A stretch of DNA of 64,000 nt from Camelus dromedarius (GCF_036321535.1 NC_087437.1:9240001-9304000); one strand, 5' to 3'. Positions 24,525 through 37,685 are shown, counted from the stretch's first letter. The notes: generated from the letters alone by a model not told the origin. Program-made: numbers and translations.

Positions 24525-27267
24525 GATCTAGACAACAGTCGTCAAATTCCTGATCGGATGATTTTCCGACCATTTCACTCGGCTGTTTTCAGGTTCCGGG
24601 TTAGATGTGTGTCCCCCATGCACAGAAGTGTATTAACCTTTCCCCTAGGAGATGCTCTAAAACCCTGAAATCTGAATGAGACAACAGTACCATCTATGAA
24701 CTCTCCTGGGCACGTCTGAGACTGAAGACACTGCCAGAAACACGCAAGAAATATACAGAAAGTTACAACAGAGACCTTCACAACATAATGTTTAATTTGG
24801 GATAAAACATGCAGTTTAAAAACCATGGTAGTATAGGAGGTACAGAAATCCTTTTTCCTTTATAAAACTGGAGCACGCTGATAAAGGAGATTGGGCAAAT
24901 AAAGAAAACTCGAAGAGATAAAAGAATAGTCCTTCCACCCCAACACAACCACCATTAGCTTCCGGTTTTCTCTCCGTCTAAGCAGCATTTCCTTTAAATA
25001 TCAGCCCCGACAAGTAATAACTGATTTAAATATTTATAGGCTGTGTCTTAAAATATGCTGTTAAAGAAAGTGTAATTATCTAATTTTGGTCATCTGGTAG
25101 GAAAAAAGTACGTCTACGACCATTTCCATCAGTATATCGCCACATTTGGCTATGGAAGTTTTGACAGAGATAATGAATGCAATTCAGATATATTGCTTGG
25201 TTTCACTACATTTCTGGGTTGTAAAATGTAAGACAATAATAATGATTTCTATTTTATAAAACCATTGGGAAATGGATCCATCATAGGGGCGATGAGCCCA
25301 AGGACTCCCCCTCTGGAGGGTCGGAGACCTGCGAGGAATGTTACCTCCTAACGAGGCTGTCTCCCTTCTGGTTCATCAAACAGTGCCCTGCAGTGACTGA
25401 TGCTTGATAGTCCCGAGTCTGAAAGGATTTGTTGTTACTGTATTGTACTTCAGTAGCCTGCGTTTATATTTAATTTCCCCGTGTGTTTATGACTGAATTG
25501 TCAGTGTGAGTGAGCAGGACTGATGACATTTAAGAGGACTCGCCGGTCCTTGTGGGTGAGGGTTGGCCCGCAGTGGGGGTGACGGTCCACAAGGGTTCTG
25601 ACTGGCCCGGGTTAGTTCCAGGAGGGAAGGAGCCCTCAGACCGTCCCTCTGGGACAGCCGGACGGGACAGGAACCACACAAGACACCACCCAGGCCACTG
25701 TCATGGGATCTGCTGGGACTCTGGATGGACTCACAGCCCCACCTGGACCAGGTGAGGTGGGAAGAGTCTAGAAGAGGGTGCTGACCCTGCACAGTCAGCC
25801 ACTGACCTGGGAGCCTTGCACAAGCTCCTACAGCCTCCACACCTCAGTGTCCACTGTGAAATTAGCAACAGTGTCCTTCTGTCTTTAACGTATCATGAAA
25901 TGCTATTTTGGGACCATTAACCATAGTGACTCTTAGACGCTACAATTTTATGATTCCTTAGTTTGGGACCTGAGATCTTACTTCTCATTCCATAAACAGC
26001 CATTGAGTAATCATTCTCTACCACACTTAATAATCTTGCATCCATGCTGTCCCTGCTATAAGCTGTCTCTCACAGGCACACTTACTAACTTGTCGAGGCC
26101 CATGGTAATTTATGCTTATTTTAAGATGCTGATAAAATAATTGGACAAATTACAACCTTTCATTCTTTAATTGGAATCTTCTTGCATACCCCCGTGTGTG
26201 TTTCACATAAATGTCGAGAAGTAGCTCTTTTTTTTTTTTTTCTTTTCTAAAGAAAAAGCCTGCATCAGGAGAAGGCAATCTGATTTAAAGAGCACACACA
26301 ATATAAGGTGCCACTTAGAGAGGTATTTGTGGGGCCAGAAAAGGAAAATGTACCATACAGAAAACCGGTATGGTATAATACTAAACTAGAGGGCTTACAA
26401 TGTGAAGGGTTAAAAAAATAAATAAAAGCTTAGAGGGAAAGGAAATTGAACTTTCATGATGCAGAGATGAAAAGAACTACAAGCTATTATTTTCATTGGA
26501 AGGGGAAGAAGCTTTGAAATGTAAAAGAGGTTTATAAGGGAAAAATACTTTGCTCTATGATAGAGGATTCGACCAAGCAGACAAGTGAATTACAGTGTTA
26601 CTTTTCCAGGAAGAGTCTAGGTTTAAGAATAGAAATAGGAAGATAAATTCCAGATTTACCTGGAAAAAGCAAAGAGGCAGTTTTATTGGGATTTAAAGCT
26701 TTTTCCTGAGAATAAAATTATATATATGTACATAAACATATATCTGTATTTTCTCTTTATTTAGAGACCATTTTATATATGAAGGAATGGATGATAAATC
26801 TAACTGACTTTGGCATTTAGTATTAAATATTTAATGAAATTAGTATTTATGGATATAACCAGTCAATAAATCAACAAATCTAATATATTCAGCATATTCG
26901 TTCCCCTTTATTGACATAATAATGCTACAGAGCCATTTTTTAAGTCTCTAAAGGAGTTTCCACTCCTGTATGTCAATTTTGCAATAATGATACTTGTTTG
27001 TAAGTCATAGTTAATGTGTTGCTAGGTCATTTATAAAGTCAATAACACTGGATCTTGCTATTTAAAAAAAAAACCTACAATTTTAAAAATTATCACTGCA
27101 TAGTGAGTTTATATTCAAGGTTCAGGATAAGGAAAGACATAAGGGCAGTGAATTCACAGGGGTCCGGTTTACACAGACCAAAGAACTGGACAGGGCGATT
27201 ATCTGATAAATTCAGGTAGTCATGAAACTCAGCTCTAATCTTAAATCCAACAGCCCCAGGACTATCT

Positions 27268-27732
27268 ATGGTAGGCACAATAATGATAGTTAAGTGCTAA
27301 TCCCTGGAAATGATGGATATGTTACAATACATGACAAAGGGGATTACATTAGCAGATGAAAATAGGCTGCTAAACATGTAAATTTAAAACAGAAAAGTTA
27401 TCCTGGATTATCCAGGTGGGTCCACTGGGGTCCTTAATGTGGAAGAGGAAGGCAGATGAGTGAGAATCAGAGGAATTTGATATGAGAAGAACTCAACCCT
27501 GCTTGCTGGCTTGAGGATGGAAGGCGGCATGAACCATGGAAAGAGAGTGCCCTCTAGAAGCCAGAAAAGAAAGGCAAGGAACTGACATATCCCTCAGAAC
27601 CCCAGGCGGAACAGCACCCTTGCTTGAAGCCACGGGACTCAGCCTCAAGAACTACAAAATGATAGAGCTGTGTTGTCTTAAACCACTAGATTTGTGATAA
27701 TCTGTTACAAGCAACAATAAAAGATTAATACA
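27268..27732 (+). mobile_element. MaLR solo LTR (MLT1D-like)
   Basis: tggtaggcacaataatg...ttatcctggattatccaggtgggtcc...ctctagaagccagaaaag...aaaccactagatttgtgataatctgttac...taataca. Confidence 0.85.
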
Positions 27733-30021
27733 GTAACCATCTAATGAGTAGTCAAGCCTGCAATTTAATTATGACCCAGACTGACACGTGTCAATCCTCC
27801 GAACACCTGGGCCATTTTCCTTTTAGAGAAATCTGAAAGCAAAGTTATGAGAATGGGAAGCAATTTCCCTAATAAGTATATACTGATTCCTACATCATCT
27901 TGAAAATTCATTAGCAAAGTGAATTTTTCTTCCCTCTTACTAAGGAAGTAAAAATAAGATTACATTTTAGAAAAAGAAGTATGCCAATCTCTTTTATTTT
28001 ATATTATGTTTTTATGTCAATAATCAGATACGTAAATAAAATGTTTCCTAAAGCATATCTGACAGTATTTCTAAAGTTTTCAAATATGACTTTGATATCC
28101 ACCTACAGGATTAGTAGAAACACTTAAAAAAAAAAAAAAAAAAGGAAAAAGAAGAAGAAAAAAAGGACCAACAGTCTTGAAATGGTGAGTTACCTATCAC
28201 TGGGGGTAATCAACCCAAAGACCTAGTCTGGATGTAGCAGATGGTCTCCTTACATTTGGTGGGAGATTGGGTTCAATGAGCTTAAAGTCGCTTTATGACC
28301 TCCAGTTTACAGGAAGTTTCCTTAATAAAGAGAAAAATATTAGCAGTGGAATTGCTGGCAGAAGGGTTCATTTTAAAAATAGCCCCTATTAGATGTAAAA
28401 AGCCAGAAACATGGCTCCTGAGAGACCTTTGCAATATTATCTGATCAGCTTCAAAATGAAGTATTAATACGATTTAAGAAGAAAAGGAATAAAGGAGACA
28501 CTTAAAATAACAACTGTGGAACAATATGATTGTTTGCTGAGCATTTAGAAGTGATTAAAATTGCAAGTACCACGTTCAGAACTCTGATGTGCATGTCAGG
28601 AAAACTCTTACTTACAACAGCTAGAGGAGATTTTTCTGTAACATTCATCACTTGAAAATATTTTGTAATAAATTGAACTATGGTAATTTTCTTAAAAGTA
28701 AATCAAATCAAGGTGCTCAGTGTTAAAACACAAACAACAAAACGAAACAAAAGCCCCAAAACCATCCCTTCAAATAAAATATTATATATTTAGTGTGTCC
28801 TTTTTATAGCAGCAAATACCATTCTGATGCGATGCAGGCAATCTACTTTTATCTTTTTGAAGCCAACATAAGGAAGGTTATTAAAATTACCTGATGATTG
28901 TACCAATAGGTTTGAGTTCATAAGACAGTAGAAATCCTTATACAAAATGAAATGCTCTTGCAGAAAGAAAAAGTCCACTTTATTCATGGCACATCTATTT
29001 CCTCTGCCTGATTATCTCCTAGGCAACCCTCATCATCAGATCACCCAAGGGACCCACTTGCCTAGGGCGATTAAATGCTGGAAGGCCAGGTTCTCTAGCA
29101 CCCAGATCTGTTCAGACACCTGCGCACTGCATACTAACTTAGGGTCAGATCATGGCACCCTGGAGAGGGGGCATTTTGATAGGAAGGGGTCCTCTGTTTG
29201 CCAAGAGTGTCAACCAGGTGCTCAATTCTTATTCCTTCCAAATCAACACTCCTTCTCTTTTCTGTATCTCCAGGACCAACTCCACATCAAAGCAGGTTGG
29301 GGAGGGGCAGTTGTATTTTTCAAACTGGCCAAGCCAAATTGGCTTCACCATGATACATCCAGAGTCCACACTGAGCCTTGGAAAAGGTATGAGAGATGTG
29401 AACACCTCTCTGTGAATAAAATGCAGAGCACCAGGCAGGTCCACAGGCCTCTCTCCTGCCCTGCTCTCCACTTAACTTGTAGTCACTCGGGGCTGGAGTG
29501 CTCAGAGGTCTTCAGAACACCCTGTTAAAATGCTAATACTTCTAGGTGAGTGACTTGAGATCTCTAGCACAAATACAATTAAGAACACAGGAGCTGATCA
29601 GGAACTGAGGACTGCCAAGGCAGGCAAAGAGAATTTACAAAGCCAAAGTCTTGGCCATGAACTATAACCTGGTGACATATCTTATTTCGGAGGTGGGATT
29701 AATCAAAAGCCTCTTTGGTCCTAAATTTGACTTCCCCAAAGGCAAAGTGCATTATCTAAATGTAGCATTCCCAAGAGATTAAAAAAAAATAGCATTAAAC
29801 TGCATGGATACAAGCTTGCTTAGGTGTGGTTTTTCTAGAGTAAACAACCAAACATAATGTAATGAACACCAAAATGAAAGCACACAGGGAGTTAAAATGT
29901 TACCCATGAATTTCAACACCCTCAGTTATTGGAGAAAAATGTTTAAGAATTCTTTTCTGCAAGGTTAGAACAGCATAATAACATTTTTTTTTTTTTAGCA
30001 AATACTAAATGATAAACTTAC

Positions 30022-30132
30022 ATCGGAATTAAATCTCAACTGGCAAATGTTGCATGATATGATTTGCTTTCTTCGATGAGGAAGAGGAACCCCGAAAGTA
30101 TGATTTATTACCGCTTTCTGAATCGGGTCCAT
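30022..30132 (-). CDS. ZNF385D: Internal coding exon of zinc finger protein 385D, 111 nt / 37 aa, containing the CxxC half of the first matrin-type C2H2 finger
   Basis: Translates to [37 protein letters not shown]. This matches my recall of ZNF385D; paralogs ZNF385A/B read MDPVQKAV... with a different linker. Acceptor TTTTTTTTTTTCTCATTGCAG has AG at 30134-30133 and donor GTAAGT is at 30021-30016. Phase 0 at both ends. Confidence 0.96.
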
Positions 30133-30844
30133 CTGCAATGAGAAAAAAAAAATACAACAAATAGAAATAAAGCTTGTCAGTTCCATTGGAATGTTGCCTA
30201 TTTCATTAAATAGAATGTTGCCAATCTGTACAGCTTCAATCTCCTGCTCACACTATAAAGAACATTTTTATTCTAAGAAACGGTATTTCTACTTTCCTGG
30301 AAAACAGACAACAATGAGCCGGGAGCTCAGTATGATAAGGAAATGATAAATGCACCCATTAGAGTCTGCTTGCTAACCGTTTTTCTCATTTAGGACCAAC
30401 AATTGTCTCAGTTTGATAATCCTCCAATATAATTAAAGGTTTATCAAAACTCAAGTTATTTTGAAAGCCAGCAATCTTACACAGAGGTGAGTCCATACCA
30501 TCACCCAAAATGGACTTCAAAATACACTTAGTCAGACAAGCAGCTATGAAAGTAACTTATGCCCCATGACCCAACATTAATCTTATGCTGTGTTTGGTAT
30601 CTTTTCTACCTTAAAAATACAGTGCAGTTTCCTCCTGCTATCTGAAAGCAGAGCCTTCCTGGGAAAGGTTTCGTGAGCTGAAATGGCATAAAATGAAGAA
30701 GCAACCACCTTTGGACACAGCTTGCTATGGGCCGTACCAAGTAAATCGAGATAAAGCAGAGATGCTCGCAGACACAGTCAAAGCTGGGGCGGCCGGATGC
30801 TGAGATGCTCAGTGCAGCTCCCCGGAGACGGGACGGAGCTTGGT

Positions 30845-30900
30845 GATGCCAACCTTGCTGCTCAGAGTTCACGCTGCCTTTATAAGGGCAGCTGTGAAAC
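30845..30900 (-). promoter_or_regulatory. Candidate TATA-box core promoter (internal ZNF385D promoter)
   Basis: Minus-strand TATAAAGG at 30884-30877 with adjacent E-box CAGCTG. It precedes a locally CpG-retaining stretch (about 30730-30875). Inference only. Confidence 0.4.
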
Positions 30901-32299
30901 GAAGGCTGAACAACTCCATTTTTGCTGTTGGCCGGTTTTTTTTTTTTTTTTTTTTTTTCTTTTATGAAAATGAAAATCCTCTCCGGATCACCTTGGGTTA
31001 GTGAAAACAGGTACTAATGTTTGGTAAAAGTGAAGTAGCATAAAGAGAACTTTCGAAAGGCAAGGGTTACCTGTATGCAAACCCTGCTTTCTAAGAATTC
31101 AAACACAGGAGCTATCCATCCTTTCCACAATCATTCACTGACCACTTAAATATACTGGTATCGTATGGACTTACCGCTGGAGGTTCAGAATTTGGATTCA
31201 GAGATGAGGTTCAGAGGTTCAGAGATGTCAGTAATCTCTCTTCATCCCATTCTCGAACAGGACAAGGGACACCAAAAATATAGTGTCAGCAGTCCAGCTC
31301 TGATAAAATTTAACATCTCCTCACCAAGCTTTGTCCTAGGGTCCACATCTGTGGTTCCCAACTGCTAGAGTCAGATAAAAATTTCGATCTGCTTGTGCAA
31401 CCTCTTTGCTCCTCTGTGTCTATCTCAGGGTCGTGATGAAATTTACACACAGTAATTCTTGAAATTACTTAACACAGTACAATGCTGGGCACATTAAGAA
31501 GTCAATAAATGTTGACTTATATTTTTTCTTTTGCACACATGGGATGATCAAGGTTAACATGACCCTCACACTTCTATATATAGTCCTGGTTGGCACACTT
31601 CCAATTTCTCACATGGCCAAAATACATTTCAGAATGATTTCACTGTTCTATATACAGCCATCGCTTCTGTTGAATGCCTGCAAATTTCCGAACTCTTAAT
31701 TCTCATCAGATACAAAGTTCTCATGGGGGTCCTCACAATGGGTTGAGCTCAGAAATGATTTGACACACAGGAAAAAGCTAAGAATGTGTCTGTGAAATGA
31801 TGCTCGAATATTCAGCTTCTGTGATACAGAACAGTTCATTAATTTGCCTAAACCAGTCACTGATACAGTCCACCTCCTTTTGTGTATTTCGAATCATCAG
31901 AATCAGTTAACTCACAGGCACTCTTCACTGGTAGGTAGGAGAAAGGTTCTGTCTACGTTCACAACTCCTGTAAGCTTATCTAGACACTTGTCACGCATTT
32001 GTCTAAATAATAGCACCAACAGCGTCCACAATAAAGACAACAGCCCTCAGCAGGGATTAAGTGCTTTCCATGTGGTAAGCACTAGGCTAGGTGGTGTATA
32101 TATTAAACAGTTATGATCCAGAGGAACTCATGGGTCCTCACTTTATCTTCCATCATCACTTAAATTTTTTTAATCTGATGTTTAACCCTAGATTCTGGAG
32201 GAAGCTTAGCCATCCCATGATTCTTCTGGTCACTTCCAGGTATTAACAAATTAGGATCCCCTCTCCCCACTAGTAAATTCTACTATACTTTCTTCTTAA

Positions 32300-32709
32300 C
32301 CAGTTTTATTCAAGTATCATTTACATGCAATAAAATTCACCAATGTTAAGCATACAATTTGATGAGATTTGACAGATAGATACAGTCTTAATAAGTATCA
32401 CAAAGAACATTTCCGTTACCCAGAAAGTTCCCTCCCGCCCCTCTGTGGTCAATCCCCGCCTCCTGTCCCAGCCTCTGAAATCCTGTTTTCTGTTACTGTA
32501 TTTTTCCCTTTAGTCAAAGTTCATACAAATAGATGTGATCTTTTGTGTCTGGCATCTTTCATGCAGTATAATGTGTTTACAATTCACCTGTGTTGTTGCA
32601 TGTATCAGTAACTTAATCCTTTTTATTGCTGAGTAGTATTCCTTTGTATGGATATACCCCAATGTGTTTATCCATCCATCAGCTGATGAACATTTGAGTT
32701 GTTTCCAGG
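32300..32709 (-). mobile_element. Ancient L1M (MB/ME-type) 3' end
   Basis: ttttattcaagtatcatttacatgcaataaaattcacc...gatgaacatttgagttgtttccag. Confidence 0.85.
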
Positions 32710-33954
32710 AAATTCTATAATCTTTTCATGTCTCAATACATAATCTAAATTCATTCCTAAATTCAGTTCAGCATCTTAATCCAAATATTAAAAATTATTT
32801 AAAATTACAGCCTCTTTTTCTTAGCCTGAATCTGCCATAGGGTAACAGTGTGAAAGAGCATAGGGCACCAGTACAGGATTCTTCTCTATCGATAATGCCA
32901 AGTCCTCCAGCCCAGTTAAATCAAGCTTTCCTCAACCCCACCTCATCCCTATTTCCTCAGAACCAAAATGGACAGTGCACAGAACTGAGGAAGCCAATAC
33001 CCACACAGATGTGTGCATCTGAGATGCCCACTTTCTGTATCCCAGTATCAACCCTCTTATACAACCTTAAAAATGTCATCACAATGCGTCTACACCAACA
33101 CAGAGAACACTGGGAGATAACTCCCCTTTCAGCCAATAGCTAAAGACAAATTAAAAGCTGAAAGAGGTCACTGATTTAGAGGTAGCTGTCTCATTATGTT
33201 CTACTGCACTAACGGGTCCATTTCTACTAGAGAGAAAGTGAATTATACCTACATTCCATTTAGCAAAACCGAAATCCCTTATAACGATACCTTAAAATCA
33301 AAATGAACTATATATTTATATTAAAGATGCTCTCCGGAAATACACAATACTGAGTGTTTTTTTATCATATGTTGGGAGTAGCATATTATTTTGGTCTTTC
33401 AGTAACCCTGGTCACTTTCAGTGATCACATTCAATCCAAATTTGTGTAGGAGGTAGTTTGGGAGTAGACACTTCATGCAAAAGTGGAATATTCTCTCAAT
33501 TTAATTCTTCTATCCGAACTGAATGTTGTTCTGATAACTGTGGCTATAAAATCAAATTTCAAAATGCAAAGTAGTGTATTCTTCTTTAGAGACAATTTTA
33601 TTTCCAAGTGTACTTAAAAATTATCTGAATTATCTGAATTACATTTTAATGATGGATTTCACAAACTATAGTTACACCACTAAAAGTAATTATCTTTAAT
33701 TATTTTAGGAACCTAGTACAACAAAATGATGAAAGTTTAATGCCTTTATTAATGAACAAAGTTCACCTCTTTAATATGTACATCTATAAGTACATGAAAC
33801 CATTTATAACAAGAAAGTATAAAAGGGCAAAATCTAAATAATAACCAGTTCTGGTGTTAAGTAGTTAATTAAATGATATCACAGAGTCTGTAACTAAAAG
33901 CAGTATCTACTATCACTTAGGGGACACAAAAACAGCTACTTTGATCATTTTGTC

Positions 33955-34458
33955 TGTCGACTGAAATACACGCACAGCCTAAAAGTTGAGAGGTACGTTT
34001 TATTTGGGGGACATTTCTAAGGACTTGAACCCCTTCTAGCCCGGGATGACAGCCTCTCAGATCGCTCTGACGGACTGCTCCAAAGAGGTAGGGGAGGAGC
34101 CAGGATATACAGGAGCTTTACAACAAAGACCAGGTAATTGGACCATTAAAAGATTACTTGTTAACTAAAGACAACCAGGCATCTCAAGTTAAAGAATGTA
34201 GCGCTTTTCTGTGTATGGGAGGAAGCAAACACTTGGGCTCATTGAATTCATTCCTTTGACAAGCACCCAGCTATCTAGGGCCAGTGTCCTGTCCTTTCTT
34301 GTTCTGAGTCCCCTCAGGGTGCACCACTGTGAGTGGCTGCAGAGGCCAGGCTGCAGGCCTGTCCTCACTGGGGTTGGGGTGTGGTGGCAGCCACTGATGA
34401 CTTGATGGCTTCAGCATTCTTTGTTTATGATAATGGTTTGCAGTATTTTTCATTCACA
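33955..34458 (-). mobile_element. ERV1 solo LTR (MER41-like)
   Basis: TG...CA termini, near-TSD tgtc/tgcc and a minus-strand AATAAA near 34000. Body resembles MER41-group LTRs. Confidence 0.8.
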
Positions 34459-36469
34459 TGCCCAAAGACAACATTGTTTACCATTACAATCAAACATTTT
34501 GTTCAAAAAGAAAGTCATTTATGCTGGTTTTTCTCCCCATGAGAAAAACCAGCATAAGTCTGCTCTGTCAAAATAATCACACCTTCTTGTGTGTGTGCAT
34601 TTTATCTTTAGGAATTGTGTACAAAATCAGCCTCAAGAAATGACGATGTGCTTAGGAAAGGAAAAAAAGGGGGGTTGGGGGTCAGATAAGTTGTAGGAAA
34701 TCTACATACTACATACAGCCTGGACATTGCCAGCAAACATCAAATATTAAATTCTCTGAGATGTCCCACAATAAAAATATCAACTTTAAAGAGATAATTT
34801 CTAAAATGATATAACCAAAGCTTTTGTTGTTTCCTTTGTTTGTTTTTAAATTTAGCATCCTTGTTCAATGCAAACAGTTTAAAAAAATAGTGATCTGGGA
34901 AAATAAAATCATTATAAAATTTGAATAAAATGCACAGCCTTCCTTCCTACAAAAGTAACGTCCCTACACTAAAAACGCAATGCACAGAAATCAGATCCAG
35001 GCGTTTCATTTAACCCAGGCAGCACTGTATTAAAAAACTAAAAGAAAGAGCCAAAGCTATATGGCATTTTATGACATATTTATTTAATTTTAAAGCAGGA
35101 TATTTTGAAAGCTAACATTTTCTAAATACATTATCCAACCCCGCCAAAACAAAGAAACAAAAGTGAAGGAATGACACACTACCTATTGATATGCTGACCC
35201 AGACTCCAGAGTAAAATTCAATTTCCAACCCAGCCTATAGCCTTATTTAAAGCCAAATGAATATGTTTTCCTTCACTTCAGGCTTAAGGATCTTGGCATT
35301 TCTCTCCTGGCCTAGCTTTTCCTTCATCTCTCCTCTGGGCATGCGGCTAAATTGATGTGTAAAAGAGAGTAGGGTACCAGGGCCAGCCTCAGTCTCCTTT
35401 CCCAGGATGCTCTCATGTTTTCAGAGAGGACAAGGCTTAACCCTGAGTTTACATTTCCAGCTCCAAGAGACCTCCCCTCTTTCTGTGTCCCTTTTATGAC
35501 TCTGGCTTTCAGTCTTCAAATCAAAGAATAAGAACTTAAATGCCAGGAAAGTTGAGAAGTCCAGAAATACAAAGGTTGTCTCTTCAGGCTGGTATTTCTA
35601 GGTAACAATGGCCAGGAACAATAATGCTGAAGGTTACACTATCTGGCACTTACTGTGTGTTTCTATGTTTATGAGCATTATTTCTAATTCCCTCTGACCT
35701 AATATCACACAAGCAGTAAGTAGCAGAGCCAGCTAATACCCAGAGCATCCTGCCCTGCCCCCTCCCCCTACCTGCGTCGGGTACCACAGTAAAGTTTTCT
35801 GATATCCACCGTCCTGGATATCTGTGACTTTGCAGCATTAAGTGACGCTGAGAAGATTCAGTACATCAACCATCAATTAGTAAAACTGGTGTTTACATTA
35901 CTTATATCCATACTTCAGAAAACACTAAATTAAAAAAAATTCTAGTAATTGCACTCTTCCAACAAAATTGTCCATTTGAAAAAAATTGCAACTTTTGTCC
36001 TTGTTTGAAAGTTTTTTTGATGGACGCATAACTCACATACAAAAAAACAAAAAAAAACAAGCATAGACCTTAAGTGTATCATTTTAGCTAATTTTTTTCA
36101 ACATGTGCATACTGCCGTGTTACCACCGTCCCAATCAAGATAGATAACGTTTTTCAGCCTTCGTCCTTTCTATGAGATCTGGGTGGGGAGGGAGTTTAAC
36201 AGGAATACCAATTACCCAGGACCAAGGCAGCACCCTGAGTGGGGCTGGGGGGATGCTGCACATAAAGTCTCACGGTTTCTTTGCTTTTGCCAAATCGCAA
36301 AGGACATGCGTGAGTTCATTTAACAAATAAATTCATTCACGGAGACCTCATTATCGGGTCAAGCCCAAATCTGCTACTCTGACACATTTAAGTAGGAAAT
36401 ACAACATGTAGGAGTCACATAAGTACCTTCAGGGCACAGCCAATTTCTCAAAGTGCCGAGCTTTCTTAC

Positions 36470-36812
36470 ACCTTCAAAGAAGCCGTTTGCACTTCCCACT
36501 TTCTCTGCCTTGAAAACTCTGCCTCCCATGCTTTCTCATTCATCTTCCCCTGCCTAATCCTACCCACTTTTCAGGACTCAAATGAGGACTGAGCTCTTCC
36601 TCCAGAATTCTTGGCTGATCTTCTTTAAACAAGTCAGGTCCTACAACATCGTGTGGAACACTCCACGGCACAGTCTGAGGATCTCTCTTGTCTCCCGTCT
36701 TTCCCAACAGAGAGGGAAGTCAAGGCAGAGCTGGGTCCCTTTGCTCCTTGAACCCAGGCGTGAGCACAGTGGCACTCACTTAGTCAAGGGCTCAACACAT
36801 GACTGTTGAGTT
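36470..36812 (+). mobile_element. L2 3' end
   Basis: tttgcacttcccactttctctgccttgaaaactct...agtggcactcacttagtcaagggctcaacacatgactgttgag. Confidence 0.7.
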
Positions 36813-37086
36813 GCTACATAAGTTGAATATTATTGAAGTTCAATATCAAAACTTGTAACAGTCTTGGAATGGTAATAACAATAGCAGTCAGAAAACCTGG
36901 ATTCACAAGGGAACCTTAGGCATAAGGGGTGGAGTTTATTAGAAGCAAAGGCATGTGGCTAAGAGTCCAATAGATATAATGGGGGATGTAGGATATAGAA
37001 ACTCGGGGTAGAATCCACAACCACCAGCCACCAAGCAGAATTTATATATATTCATTTATGAGTCACTTATATACGTAGTGTCATCT

Positions 37087-37685
37087 TGAAGTGGGAGGGA
37101 AGGGGGCCAGGCACAACCACTGAAGGAATGACACAGCAGTGAGGACAGGACAGACTGGTCAGAACCAAGATGGCGCAAGATTTGACTTCCAGTTGACCTT
37201 GAGCCTCATGGCACAGCCACAGGGCCATGGCAGTTCCTAGGCTGACTATAACAGGTCAAAAAATGGGTGGGGTGGGGGGATTTCCTGGAAATCCTTGTCC
37301 CTTCCCCAAAGTAGCTGGAATAATCCTCCTATTCATCAGCATATGAAATTACCGAGCCCATGAAACCTAACAAGCCTGCACCTCATGGTCACTCTCTCTT
37401 GCCTTCTGAGATGGCCCGCACTCTGTCTACGGAGCGTGGATCTACCTTTACTGTAAAATAAACCCCCCATACCTCTCAGCTCCTCTCCCGCTCACCTTCC
37501 CTAGATGGCCCACATTCTGCCTACGGAGTGTGTTACCTCCTAAGCCGTTTTCCCTTCTGAGTGAGACAGACCCCGCTCTCTGGGAAGTGTGTGAAGCATC
37601 TCTCTAAATAAACTTGCTTCCACTTTACCATGCCTTGCTCTTGAATTCTTTCCTGCGTGAGGCAAGACCCTGTTCTCCCACAACA
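37087..37685 (+). mobile_element. ERV1-class solo LTR, 599 bp
   Basis: TG at 37087 and CA at 37685. Perfect 4-bp TSD ATCT (37083-37086 / 37686-37689). AATAAA at 37607-37612. Confidence 0.9.

Larger units (their letters stand above)
1..30021 (-). other. ZNF385D: ZNF385D intron downstream of the 111-nt exon (continues past window start)
   Basis: GTAAGT donor at 30021. The expected next exon (SQAAAHYKGTKH...) was not seen in the ORF track or by eye. Confidence 0.8.

Noticed and set aside
28947..29528. 193-aa ORF antisense to ZNF385D
   Set aside because: No recognisable homology or gene structure.
29995..30186. Full 63-aa ORF as a standalone gene
   Set aside because: Only 30022-30132 is exonic. 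The flanking residues come from the pyrimidine tract and donor site.
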